Shown: positions 16,701-24,878, counted from the first letter of the stretch. The stretch: 32,000 nucleotides of DNA from an uncultured Chloroflexia bacterium (GCA_963718915.1 CAVRAI010000007.1:300001-332000), one strand, 5' to 3'. The notes: generated from the sequence alone by a model not told the origin. Made by a program: numbers and translations.

Positions 16701-18143
16701 TTACGCCCCCGCCTGGGCCTGTGGTGTGGGTGTCGTGAACGTCACATCCACGACGACACCGTCACTATTCTGGACAAGCTGGATTGGGCTGGACTGATGC
16801 AGCAGCCCCGTGCAGTTCAACTCATCCGAGCCAATGGTGACCGACAGACGGGCGGCCAGGAAGGTATAGAGACTGTTGGCAACCCCCGAATCCAGCGACG
16901 CCGCCGACTCGGTCCACGTCTGATCCAACTGGATGCGTTGGGGCGCGACCGTCATCAAGTTCTGGCAGTAGGCGCGGTTCTGCGCGGTTGCCTCGGCGGT
17001 CGAACGCACCCACGGCTGGTCTACGCCGATGCGATACAGATTCTGCTTGAGCAGGTTCGGACGCCCATTGACCAGCGTCATGGGATCGCCACTGGGCACA
17101 AGCGCGACGGGCGCGGCCTGATACATCGCCGCCTGTAGCTCGTCGAGCGGCTGGGCGGTCACCATCTGGCCTGGATCGGCGAGGTCGGGCGCTTTCCATG
17201 GCGTGCAACCAAGCGCCGTATCCATCGCGATGGCGACCAGCCGGTTGTCGCTGCCGTTTGCCAGCACGCTGCTATCTGGGAATTGGTTCGCGGTTGCGGC
17301 GGTATCCTGAGCAAGTTTCCCGTCCTGGGTAATACGATACGTGGACGTGACATTATCGCTCTGATCCTGATCCACCACCGAGAAGTCGCGCACCGTGGGG
17401 CATACCTTGCCATCGTTGCCCGTACCCAGCGCTGGTGGCGTGAGTTTCTTCAGTTGAATTTGGCGATTGGCGGCGGCGAAGAAGGCGGGCGCGTGGCAGT
17501 AGGAAACCTGGCCAAAGGCCGAGCTTCCGAGGCCATCGACGCACTGGCCCTCTGCCAGTGTGGTAAAAGTCGCCCCCCGAAGACGGAGCATTGTCCCATT
17601 CGAGCCGAACCAGATGCCGACGACCGCGTTGGCGGGCAGGTTCGGAACGACTGGGGCGACGGCGGGTTGTGTCCCCTGATCGATGACCAGCGGATTGTAG
17701 ATTGAGATCTGGCCGGTGGCTGGATCAAGCACCGCCGCCTGCACAAACGCCGCGGTACCGCTATCCGTCTCATGGCAGGGTGAGCCGCCGACATCGCTGC
17801 CTGTCAATTGATAGGGTGTCGCCAGACCGCGCGCGGTGAGCGGATGTTGTGGGACGATCAGCGCGCATCCACTCTGCCGCCGCTGACCATGCCGCGCGCC
17901 CAGCGCTGCCTCAGACTCATGGTTTGTCCCGCCGCCCGCGCCTCTTGCGCCTCCTGCGCCGCCCGCGCCATGGGCCGATGTCCACGGGAAGTGTCCTGAT
18001 CCCCAGAATGCCGCAGCCACCGCCGCCAATACCATCACCCAGCCCAGCACGGGCAGGAGTATCATCCAGCGGGACTTTGCTCCCAGTTTCCGTGCATGCG
18101 CCCGCTCACTGTGCATCTGCTGTCGTAAGTGCGACTGTTGCAT
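16701..18143 (-). CDS. Exported Cys-rich hypothetical protein
   Basis: The ORF reaches 18272. The ATG at 18143 has AGGAGG 9 nt upstream (alternative ATG at 18161). N-terminal TM/signal WMILLPVLGWVMVLAAVAAAFWG, Gly-rich segment, then a roughly 400-aa domain with 8 Cys. No motif I recognise. Confidence 0.7.
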   Translation of the reverse strand: MQQSHLRQQMHSERAHARKLGAKSRWMILLPVLGWVMVLAAVAAAFWGSGHFPWTSAHGAGGAGGARGAGGGTNHESEAALGARHGQRRQSGCALIVPQHPLTARGLATPYQLTGSDVGGSPCHETDSGTAAFVQAAVLDPATGQISIYNPLVIDQGTQPAVAPVVPNLPANAVVGIWFGSNGTMLRLRGATFTTLAEGQCVDGLGSSAFGQVSYCHAPAFFAAANRQIQLKKLTPPALGTGNDGKVCPTVRDFSVVDQDQSDNVTSTYRITQDGKLAQDTAATANQFPDSSVLANGSDNRLVAIAMDTALGCTPWKAPDLADPGQMVTAQPLDELQAAMYQAAPVALVPSGDPMTLVNGRPNLLKQNLYRIGVDQPWVRSTAEATAQNRAYCQNLMTVAPQRIQLDQTWTESAASLDSGVANSLYTFLAARLSVTIGSDELNCTGLLHQSSPIQLVQNSDGVVVDVTFTTPTPQAQAGA

Positions 18144-18463
18144 ACCGTGACGCCTCCTCATCCTTGCACTGTGTGTCACGAAAGGAATCGCGTTCGAGGC
18201 CACCGCTTTGCGCGCCAAGCTCAACCTCAACAGAGGCAATAGTAGCCGCCTATCTTGTGCAGCGTAACCCAACTAGTCCATATTGGCTAACCTGCGTTAC
18301 CAAAACATGCCGACTACGTTTTAAGAAATTCACTGGCGATTCCGCGCGGACGTGGCCAAGGACCATACTCGCGAGCATGGTCGCGCTGTGGCATCGCTTG
18401 TGCGTATTCTATGTGCATCAAAACAGCCTGCGGGCGTTATCGACCAATGGAGTATCGTGAGCG

Positions 18464-20401
18464 ATGTCGCAGCAAACGGTATCTGGACGAGCGCATGGGC
18501 AGGGTCTCGCTCCCGTCTCGGCGGTCTGGGCGGAAGGTGACTTTGCGGTGCATCCCCTTGCCCTGGCGGCGCCACTGATCGACGGACGCGCGGCTATGCT
18601 GACGATGTGCGTCTCGTTCCTGCTGGCGCGTACGAGCATCTGGATTGCCGATTGGAGCATCTATGCGCGACTGGCGCTGGTGCGCGGCCAGGATCAACGG
18701 GCAGGTCAGGATGGTTCCGATGCGCAATATGCCCTGATCGAGCGTCTGCGCGCCGTTGGGCTGGATAGCGATGCCATCGCGCTCTGGCGCTCTGGCGGCC
18801 TTTCGCTGGTGGATGTGCTGGGGCTGGCGGTGCGCCGTGGCGTCGATGTGCGCGTCTTGCTCTGGGATCCGCTCGACCCATTCTATCTGGGCCACCTGGG
18901 GAATGACCCTGCGGCACAGGCGGAGATCCTTGCACGGCAAGGTGTGCCGTATCGGCTGGATAAGAACTGTCGCTCGGTGCTCCATCTCGCGCAGGGACTG
19001 CACCAGAAATGCGCTGTCGTGGATAGCCAGGTAGCCTTTGTCGGCGGTATCGACCTCACCGTCGAATATTCCGGCGACTTTGATCGCTGGGATACCTCCA
19101 ACCATCCGTTCGCATCGGCACTGCGCAATACCGACCGTGGCGCCTCGCCGCATCCCTGGCATGATGCCCAGGTGATGCTTACGGGAGACGCGGTTCTGGA
19201 TGTGGAGCAGAACCTGCGCCAGCGTTGGGATGCCTCGGCTGGCCGCACGCAACAGCGCATTCAGCCGCCGGGCGATCTCATTCGTGGCATGCGTGGAGCA
19301 ATCGAGAAAAGCGGGCGCCATCTCCAGGGGCGGACCGAGCAGGCGCACGATGGCGCGCCTGTACCCCAGCATAGTGCGGATCGTACCGAGGCGCGAGCGA
19401 GCCAATCCGAGGGGCGTCTCCAGATCGTGCGGACTATCCCGGCGCTGACCTATCGTTTCGCGCCCGGTGGCATCTATGGCATCGCGCAGTGGTATCAGCG
19501 GGCGGTTCGACGGGCCGAGCGCTTTATCTACCTCGAAACCCAGTATCTCTGGGTCGAAGGCCCACCAAAGCTGAACTTTACGCGCTTGGGATGGGAGAGC
19601 CGCAAGATGCGCGCGCTCGTGGAAGAGCTAGCGGCGGCGGCGGAACGTGGCGTCCGCATTGTGCTGGTCTTGCCCGACCACCCAAATATTGGCCGCGCTG
19701 TGACCGATGATACGATTGGGTGGCTTCGCCGCCACGCGCCAGAGGCCACGGCGGCAAATCGCGTGCGGGTCTATACCCTGGCCACCTCCAGCGCTGCCGA
19801 CGATGGCATGATGCGTTACCGCCCGGTCTACGTTCACGCCAAGATTGGGATCGTCGATGATCGCTGGGCAATCGTCGGCTCGGCTAACCTCAACAGTCGC
19901 GGCATGAGCCACGACGCCGAGTTGTCTGTCGCCATCGACGATGATGCATCCGCGCGCGGGTTGCGGCGAATCCTCTGGACGGAGCATACTGCCGCGCCGC
20001 TGCCGGGCGATATGCCATGGCCGCTTGGCGACCTCGCCCTGGCGAACCAGACACCAGGCATGCAGCTTGCCGGACGCGCGCTGGCGCTGGTGGATGCGCT
20101 GGCGGCGATGCCCGATACTGGCCTGCCGACCACTCTATCAACTCCATCGCCGGAAGCGGATGCCCTGGCCGCGAGTCTGGCCGATCCCGAAACGGGCATG
20201 CGGGAGCTTGCGCGCCTGGCGGACAAGAATCTGAGCCATTTGCGCAATGGCGAGCCGCTCTCCGGTCATCTGCTGCCTTATCTTCGGGCCGCCGATGGGC
20301 CAGAATATGGGCTGACTGTCGAGCGACATCGCGGCCTGCTCGATCCATTGCGTGAGGTTCGTGAGGGGGTCGTCGTACCACACTACAACCGCTATATCTA
20401 G
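18464..20401 (+). CDS. Phospholipase D / transphosphatidylase superfamily protein (two HKD motifs)
   Basis: 645 aa. HKD 1 is LHQKCAVVDSQVAFVGGIDLT; HKD 2 is VHAKIGIVDDRWAIVGSANLNSRG. The WHDAQVMLTGDAV block is typical of PLD/Cls-type enzymes. No obvious TM helices. Confidence 0.85.
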   Translation: MSQQTVSGRAHGQGLAPVSAVWAEGDFAVHPLALAAPLIDGRAAMLTMCVSFLLARTSIWIADWSIYARLALVRGQDQRAGQDGSDAQYALIERLRAVGLDSDAIALWRSGGLSLVDVLGLAVRRGVDVRVLLWDPLDPFYLGHLGNDPAAQAEILARQGVPYRLDKNCRSVLHLAQGLHQKCAVVDSQVAFVGGIDLTVEYSGDFDRWDTSNHPFASALRNTDRGASPHPWHDAQVMLTGDAVLDVEQNLRQRWDASAGRTQQRIQPPGDLIRGMRGAIEKSGRHLQGRTEQAHDGAPVPQHSADRTEARASQSEGRLQIVRTIPALTYRFAPGGIYGIAQWYQRAVRRAERFIYLETQYLWVEGPPKLNFTRLGWESRKMRALVEELAAAAERGVRIVLVLPDHPNIGRAVTDDTIGWLRRHAPEATAANRVRVYTLATSSAADDGMMRYRPVYVHAKIGIVDDRWAIVGSANLNSRGMSHDAELSVAIDDDASARGLRRILWTEHTAAPLPGDMPWPLGDLALANQTPGMQLAGRALALVDALAAMPDTGLPTTLSTPSPEADALAASLADPETGMRELARLADKNLSHLRNGEPLSGHLLPYLRAADGPEYGLTVERHRGLLDPLREVREGVVVPHYNRYI

Positions 20402-20453
20402 CGAATTGATGCGCGGCGGCGGGAGCGGAAGCGATTTGAGAAAGAGAAGAGTG

Positions 20454-21224
20454 ATGGCATCATCCTCGGAGCAGACGCCGGATAAGGCGTTCTCGGAAAG
20501 CGTGGCGCTCGAACCGGTCTCGCAGCGCTGGACTCGTCGTGACACCAAACTCATCGCCGGGCTGTGGGCGCTCACCGCTGTCGCATTGACGCTGCTCTCA
20601 ATCGCGGCGCATTTTAGCGCCGAATTTCCCGGCGACGAAGGCATCGCCATTCTCATTCAGAAGATATCGTTCCCGCCACTGGCCCATTTCATCGAGTTCA
20701 GCAGTGATGCCAACTGGCCTGCTCCAGCGGCATATGCAGCGCTCGCCATCATTATTGTCCTGTTGCTGGCGCGGCAGCTCAGCGCCGCCATTGCGGCGGT
20801 GGTCGCGTCGTTTGGCGCAGACCTCGCCAATGTGATACTGAATGCGCTCGTTGCACGATCACGCCCCCACAACATCCATATTCACGTGGTCGCCGACCTC
20901 GGACTGTACAGCTTTCCATCGGGACATGTGACCCATGTGGTCACGTTCTATGGCTTTCTCCTCTATCTCACGTTCCGCTTCGCGCGCGAGCATCCGCGGT
21001 GGACGCCGCTGCTGTGGGGCGTGCGGATAGTCTGTCTCTATTTCCTGGTTTTTATTGGTCCGGCGCGGGTGCTGGAGGGCGAACACTGGCCGAGTGACGT
21101 ACTGGGCAGCTACCTGCTGGCCAGCCTGATGCTGGTGGTTGCCATCGCGCTCTATCACCTGCTGCTGCTGGGATTCGCGCGGCTGCGGGACTGGCTTGCG
21201 ATACGGCGGTCGCGGCTTGCCTGA
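20454..21224 (+). CDS. PAP2-family (type 2 phosphatidic acid phosphatase-like) membrane phosphatase
   Basis: PAP2 motifs: ..ARSRP.., SFPSGH, and ARVLEGEHWPSDVLG (SR-x5-H-x3-D-like). Multiple TM helices. The ORF opens at 20352 and overlaps the PLD gene. The ATG at 20454 has a purine-rich GAGAAAGAGAAGAG upstream (alternative ATG at 20409). Confidence 0.8.
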   Translation: MASSSEQTPDKAFSESVALEPVSQRWTRRDTKLIAGLWALTAVALTLLSIAAHFSAEFPGDEGIAILIQKISFPPLAHFIEFSSDANWPAPAAYAALAIIIVLLLARQLSAAIAAVVASFGADLANVILNALVARSRPHNIHIHVVADLGLYSFPSGHVTHVVTFYGFLLYLTFRFAREHPRWTPLLWGVRIVCLYFLVFIGPARVLEGEHWPSDVLGSYLLASLMLVVAIALYHLLLLGFARLRDWLAIRRSRLA

Positions 21225-21293
21225 GAGCAGGCAGAGGCGTCGTTCTGTTGCTCAATTGCATGGTCGCCACGGCGCGCCCAAGCCACGCTAAGT

Positions 21294-21554
21294 TCACTCA
21301 CCAGGCACAGCGCAACTGAGCAGGTCGCTGCTCGGCACCTCCGCCGTGTTGGCGCAAGGCCCATAATTCCCGATATATTGCCCCTCATGCCCACATAACT
21401 CCGCAGGCAGCGATGGGAAACCTGCAAAAATCAACAAAGACACGTGCGGAATGTGGGCTGCACAGGGTAGTACGCCGGGAACCTCGGCAACTTTCGCCAG
21501 CTTGTTGAAGTTGAGGGTGAGAACCTCGCTCTCTTCGATGGAGTTTGCGGTCAT
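21294..21554 (-). CDS. Orphan Cys-containing small ORF (86 aa), function unknown
   Basis: ATG at 21554 with AGGA 9 nt upstream. MTANSIEESEVLTLNFNKLAKVAEVPG..., then a region with 4 Cys (LPCAAH, ELCGHEG, GPCANT, LSCAVPGE). No recognisable family; coding status uncertain. Confidence 0.3.
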   Translation of the reverse strand: MTANSIEESEVLTLNFNKLAKVAEVPGVLPCAAHIPHVSLLIFAGFPSLPAELCGHEGQYIGNYGPCANTAEVPSSDLLSCAVPGE

Positions 21555-21703
21555 GGGGATCGTTCCTGCTGTGGTCGGCTGGGTTCGCAAGGGCACAGAG
21601 ATCGTGGCGCCGCTGCGGGATGCGGCTCAACCATGGTTCGGTCGCTTCCGAAGTGGCGCTACGGATTTCCTGTGTGCTGGTGCTTGACCACACCGCGCCT
21701 CGC

Positions 21704-21724
21704 GGGCGGGCCTTAGACCCGCCC
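21704..21724 (-). terminator. GC-rich hairpin just after the MIPS stop
   Basis: GGGCGGG (21704-21710) pairs with CCCGCCC (21718-21724) around a 7-nt loop. Begins 23 nt beyond the TAA at 21749-21747. No U tract. Confidence 0.4.
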
Positions 21725-21746
21725 CTACGTTCAGTCGCGGCTATCG

Positions 21747-23264
21747 TTATTCCTCCTGATAGTACTCGAGGCCGAGGTGGGTGATCTGCTCTTCGCCCAT
21801 CATCCAGCGAAGCGTGTTCTTCAGCTTCGTCTGCTGGATGAAGAAATCGTGCTCCGGGTACACAGTGGCGGCGTGCTGCGGGCTTTTGAAGTAGAAGGAC
21901 AGCCATTCCTGGATGCCCTTCATGCCGGCTCGCTTGGCCAGGTCGAGGAAAAGAGCGAGGTCAAGAAGAAGTGGCGCGGCGAGAATCGAATCGCGGCACA
22001 GGAAGTCGATCTTTATCTGCATGGGGTAGCCGAGCCAGCCGAAGATGTCGATGTTGTCCCAGCCCTCTTTGTTGTCGCCCCGGGGCGGGTAATAGTTGAT
22101 CCGCACCTTGTGATAGACGTCGCTATAGAGTGCGGGGTAGAGCTGGGGCTGGAGGATGTACTCGAGGACGCCGAGCTTCGACTCTTCCTTGGTCTTGAAG
22201 CTCTCTGGGTCGTCAAGAACCTCACCATCGCGATTGCCGAGGATGTTCGTCGAGTACCAGCCGTTGAGGCCGAGCATGCGCGCCTTCAGCATCGGCGCGA
22301 GAACCGTCTTGATCAGGGTCTGGCCGGTCTTGAAGTCCTTGCCGCAGATCGGAACGCCCTGGTCGACTGCCAGCTTGACCAGCGCCGGGATGTCAGCAGT
22401 CAGGTTGGGGGCGCCGTTAGCGAAGGGGATGCCTTCCATCAGGGCGGCATAGGCGTAGAGCATCGAGGGGGCGATAGTTTCGTCGTTGGCGTTGAGCGCC
22501 GCCTCAAAGCTTTCGAGGTTGAGGTGGCTTGGTCCCTCCTCCATGTAGATCTCGGTCGAGGCGCACCAGACCATGACGAGGCGGTCGCAGTTGTTTGCGG
22601 ACTTGAAGTTGCGAATGTCCGCGCGAATCTGCTCGGTCAGCTCCATCTTCGTGCCGCGCTTGACGTTAGGCCCGTTGAGGCGCTTGACGTAGTACTGGTC
22701 GAATGCGGCCGGCATTGGCGTGATGGACTTGAGGAAGTCGGCGATGGGTTCGATGTGTTCGTAGCGGTCAAGGACGCCGCACTTCACCGCTGCCTCGTAG
22801 GCGTTGTCGGGGAAGGGGTCCCAGGCGCCGAAGACAATGTCGTCCAGGTTCGCGAGCGGGACGAACTCGCGGATGAGGGGCGAGCGATTTTCCGTTCGCT
22901 TGCCAAGGCGGATCGTGCCCATCTGGGTGAGCGAGCCTACGGGTCGGCCGCTGCCGCGACGGGCGTGCTCGACGCCGCTGATGAACGTTGAGGCGACGGC
23001 GCCGAGGCCGACGAGAAGGATGCCGAGGCGGCCCTCTGCCGGCTGGATCGGGTCGGGCTTGAGTTCGACGAAGTCTTTTGCTTCCAAGATCACACCTCTC
23101 TGGCGGCCGAGTGACATGAGCGGCACTTGCCATTGGGCTGGTACCCGCCCTGTCCTCGCCCAGTGTTCGATAGTACTCTGCCTCTTGCCAAGCAGGGCGG
23201 CAAGAGCGCTCTGGCCGCCGAAGCGCCTGATTATCCGCTCGGCGGCGTTCGATCCTTGTTCCAT
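21747..23264 (-). CDS. ino1: myo-Inositol-1-phosphate (inositol-3-phosphate) synthase with a roughly 65-aa N-terminal HTH-like extension
   Basis: The MIPS core starts at the Rossmann segment RLGILLVGLGAVASTFISGVEHA and includes GWYSTNILGNRDG and NIDIFGWLGYPMQIKIDFLCRDSILAAP. The ORF opens with TTG at 23300. The ATG at 23264 has AGGA 8 nt upstream. The N-terminus MEQGSNAAERIIRRFGGQSALAALLGKRQSTIEHWARTGRVPAQW reads like a Cro/YdaS-type helix-turn-helix. Confidence 0.88.
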   Translation of the reverse strand: MEQGSNAAERIIRRFGGQSALAALLGKRQSTIEHWARTGRVPAQWQVPLMSLGRQRGVILEAKDFVELKPDPIQPAEGRLGILLVGLGAVASTFISGVEHARRGSGRPVGSLTQMGTIRLGKRTENRSPLIREFVPLANLDDIVFGAWDPFPDNAYEAAVKCGVLDRYEHIEPIADFLKSITPMPAAFDQYYVKRLNGPNVKRGTKMELTEQIRADIRNFKSANNCDRLVMVWCASTEIYMEEGPSHLNLESFEAALNANDETIAPSMLYAYAALMEGIPFANGAPNLTADIPALVKLAVDQGVPICGKDFKTGQTLIKTVLAPMLKARMLGLNGWYSTNILGNRDGEVLDDPESFKTKEESKLGVLEYILQPQLYPALYSDVYHKVRINYYPPRGDNKEGWDNIDIFGWLGYPMQIKIDFLCRDSILAAPLLLDLALFLDLAKRAGMKGIQEWLSFYFKSPQHAATVYPEHDFFIQQTKLKNTLRWMMGEEQITHLGLEYYQEE

Positions 23265-23276
23265 GGTAGATATCCT

Positions 23277-23291
23277 AACGAATTTTTCGTT
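23277..23291. promoter_or_regulatory. Perfect AT-rich palindrome AACGAA-TTT-TTCGTT at the MIPS start (candidate operator or RNA hairpin)
   Basis: 6-bp arms, 3-bp spacer. Lies 13-27 nt upstream of ATG 23264 and abuts the SD. It fills the 17-bp spacer of a weak candidate promoter: TTGCAT (23300-23295) and TAGGAT (23277-23272). Confidence 0.45.
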
Positions 23292-23526
23292 ATTATGCAA
23301 GTGCGCGTCAGAAAGAGGCAGGACGACCTATGCGCCTGTGCAGGGTTTTGAGGGCATGGGTGAGGGCTATTTCGGGACTGACTGGCCCTGCGGATGAACG
23401 AGCGATTTGGGTATCTTGCTCGTCAAGCCACTCCGCCAGCCCGATGTCGCAACACACCAGCGACGATGCCCAGGAGATCCAACCGCTCCGCCACATTTCC
23501 AGCCGACGCTGGCCTACTCTCCATAC

Positions 23527-23551
23527 ACGCCGCACGCCGCACGCCGCACGC
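23527..23551. repeat. Intergenic tandem repeat, 7-bp unit ACGCCGC x3.6
   Basis: acgccgc acgccgc acgccgc acgc, read directly. Confidence 0.95.
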
Positions 23552-23742
23552 TTCGCTCTTCGCCTCGCTCTATTCTCCAAAAAACGTCAAGCGGTCGTGC
23601 GAAAAGTGGGGTGTAGCGATCCGCTCGCTAGCGGGTAGCGCGTTGGGACACTGCCTGGGAGTCCGCGTAGGGCAGCCGCGCGGAGCGGCAGCGGCCCAGC
23701 AGGCGGACTTGGTGGCCGCAGGCCCTCAATTGCGCGATTTCA

Positions 23743-23805
23743 ACTGCCCGCGCTGCCCACGCTGCCCACGCTGCCCACGCTGCCCACGCTGCCCACGCTG
23801 CCCAG
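23743..23805. repeat. Intergenic tandem repeat, 9-bp unit GCTGCCCAC x7 (5 perfect, 2 variant)
   Basis: actgcccgc, then gctgcccac x5, then gctgcccag. It generates the artefactual CPRCPRCPRC (+) and WAAWAAWAAW (-) ORFs. Confidence 0.95.
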
Positions 23806-23867
23806 CGCGTGTCCTTCGTATTTTCTAAAGCAACAGAAGGCTCCAGCAAATGAGTGGAGGAAATTTG

Positions 23868-23887
23868 CCGTAGCGTTGACGCTACGG
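23868..23887 (-). terminator. Perfect 8-bp hairpin CCGTAGCG-TTGA-CGCTACGG
   Basis: Read directly. On the minus strand it is followed by CAAATTTCC. About 150 nt downstream of the hydrolase stop. Confidence 0.35.
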
Positions 23888-23958
23888 TCTGCCTCGCCCG
23901 CCACGACGCGCGCTGTTCGGATAAAAAGTGAAGGGTCGTATATGCCTGGTTATGCTGA

Positions 23959-24002
23959 TGAGGCCTCCAACTCCCCAGTGTGGAGAGAAACTGAAGGCCT
24001 CA
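23959..24002 (-). terminator. Nested hairpin just downstream of the hydrolase stop
   Basis: TGAGGCCT (23959-23966) pairs with AGGCCTCA (23995-24002). Inner CTCC/GGAG pairing. About 30 nt after the stop at 24034. Confidence 0.3.
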
Positions 24003-24033
24003 TGCGAGCGCCAATACTTGAATGGAGAACGTG

Positions 24034-24825
24034 TCAATCGGTAAAGAACTTTACCAACACGGGGACAAGGATGCCAGGATCAATAGCGTGGGTCTGGCCT
24101 TCCAGCGTAATGCGGCGCGCATTGGGCAAGACATCGGCGACTGCCTGAGCCGCGTTGTGCATCCAGACCGGACTGTCTCCGCCATCCATGACGAGCGTTG
24201 GTATCGTGACGGCGGCCCATTGTCCCGGTGGAAACGGCTTGCCCGCCATGTTGCCTTCCATGATCGCGCCATCGTAGGCAAGCGTGTGCGCCATCGCCTC
24301 CATCGCGGGCCACATCGGCGCCTGCCGCATTTGAGCCAGTGCCTCATTGGGGACCTCTACCGCATTCGCCAGGAAGTACTCGACCGCCTCGCCGCGTCGC
24401 CCCGACGAGGCAAGCTCGCCCAGATGAGACACATAGCCCGTCGGTATTGGCTTGCGCGTAGTATCGACGATAAACGGCGGATCGTAGAGCGCTAGCTTTG
24501 TGATGGGGAGGCCGCGATTTGCCGCTTCGAGGGCAAGCGCCGCGCCAGAAGATTTCCCAAACACGCATGCCGATCCGCCGACTGCGGCGATGAGCGCTGC
24601 TATATCTTCGACCTCGCGCTCGACCGCGTACGGATGTGTATCGCCGCTATCTCCGCGCCCGCGTCGGTCAAAGTTGATCACTGTGAAGTGTGGGGCAAGC
24701 AGCGCGGCCACTGGAGCCGCCGCCGTGCGGTCGCTGAGCGCGCCGCCGACGAGGATAACGGCTGGTCCCGCTCCTGATTGGTCAAAGGCGATTGTCGTGC
24801 TGTCGTTCGAGATGACTGTCCGCAT
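24034..24825 (-). CDS. Alpha/beta-fold hydrolase
   Basis: ATG at 24825 with AGGAG 9 nt upstream (the ORF opens at 24849). Nucleophile elbow VFGKSSGAALAL (G-x-S-x-G), oxyanion-region VILVGG, C-terminal LEGQTHAID (His). Paralog of the 27066-27846 locus. Confidence 0.85.
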   Translation of the reverse strand: MRTVISNDSTTIAFDQSGAGPAVILVGGALSDRTAAAPVAALLAPHFTVINFDRRGRGDSGDTHPYAVEREVEDIAALIAAVGGSACVFGKSSGAALALEAANRGLPITKLALYDPPFIVDTTRKPIPTGYVSHLGELASSGRRGEAVEYFLANAVEVPNEALAQMRQAPMWPAMEAMAHTLAYDGAIMEGNMAGKPFPPGQWAAVTIPTLVMDGGDSPVWMHNAAQAVADVLPNARRITLEGQTHAIDPGILVPVLVKFFTD

Positions 24826-24878
24826 CGTCCAGACTCCTGTGTGCATCAATCGAATTTGTTACCGGTTGGGCAGGCTGG

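Noticed and set aside
23743-23805. Possible CRISPR array among the tandem repeats (also 3422-3466 and 16161-16204).
   Set aside because: The units are 7-10 bp and directly abutting, with no spacers. No cas genes are present.
23394-23849. ORFs encoding CPRCPRCPRCPRCPRCP (23394..23828 +) and WAAWAAWAAWAAWAA (23628..23849 -).
   Set aside because: Both are simply the 9-bp microsatellite read in two frames. There is no SD and the flanking sequence is not protein-like.
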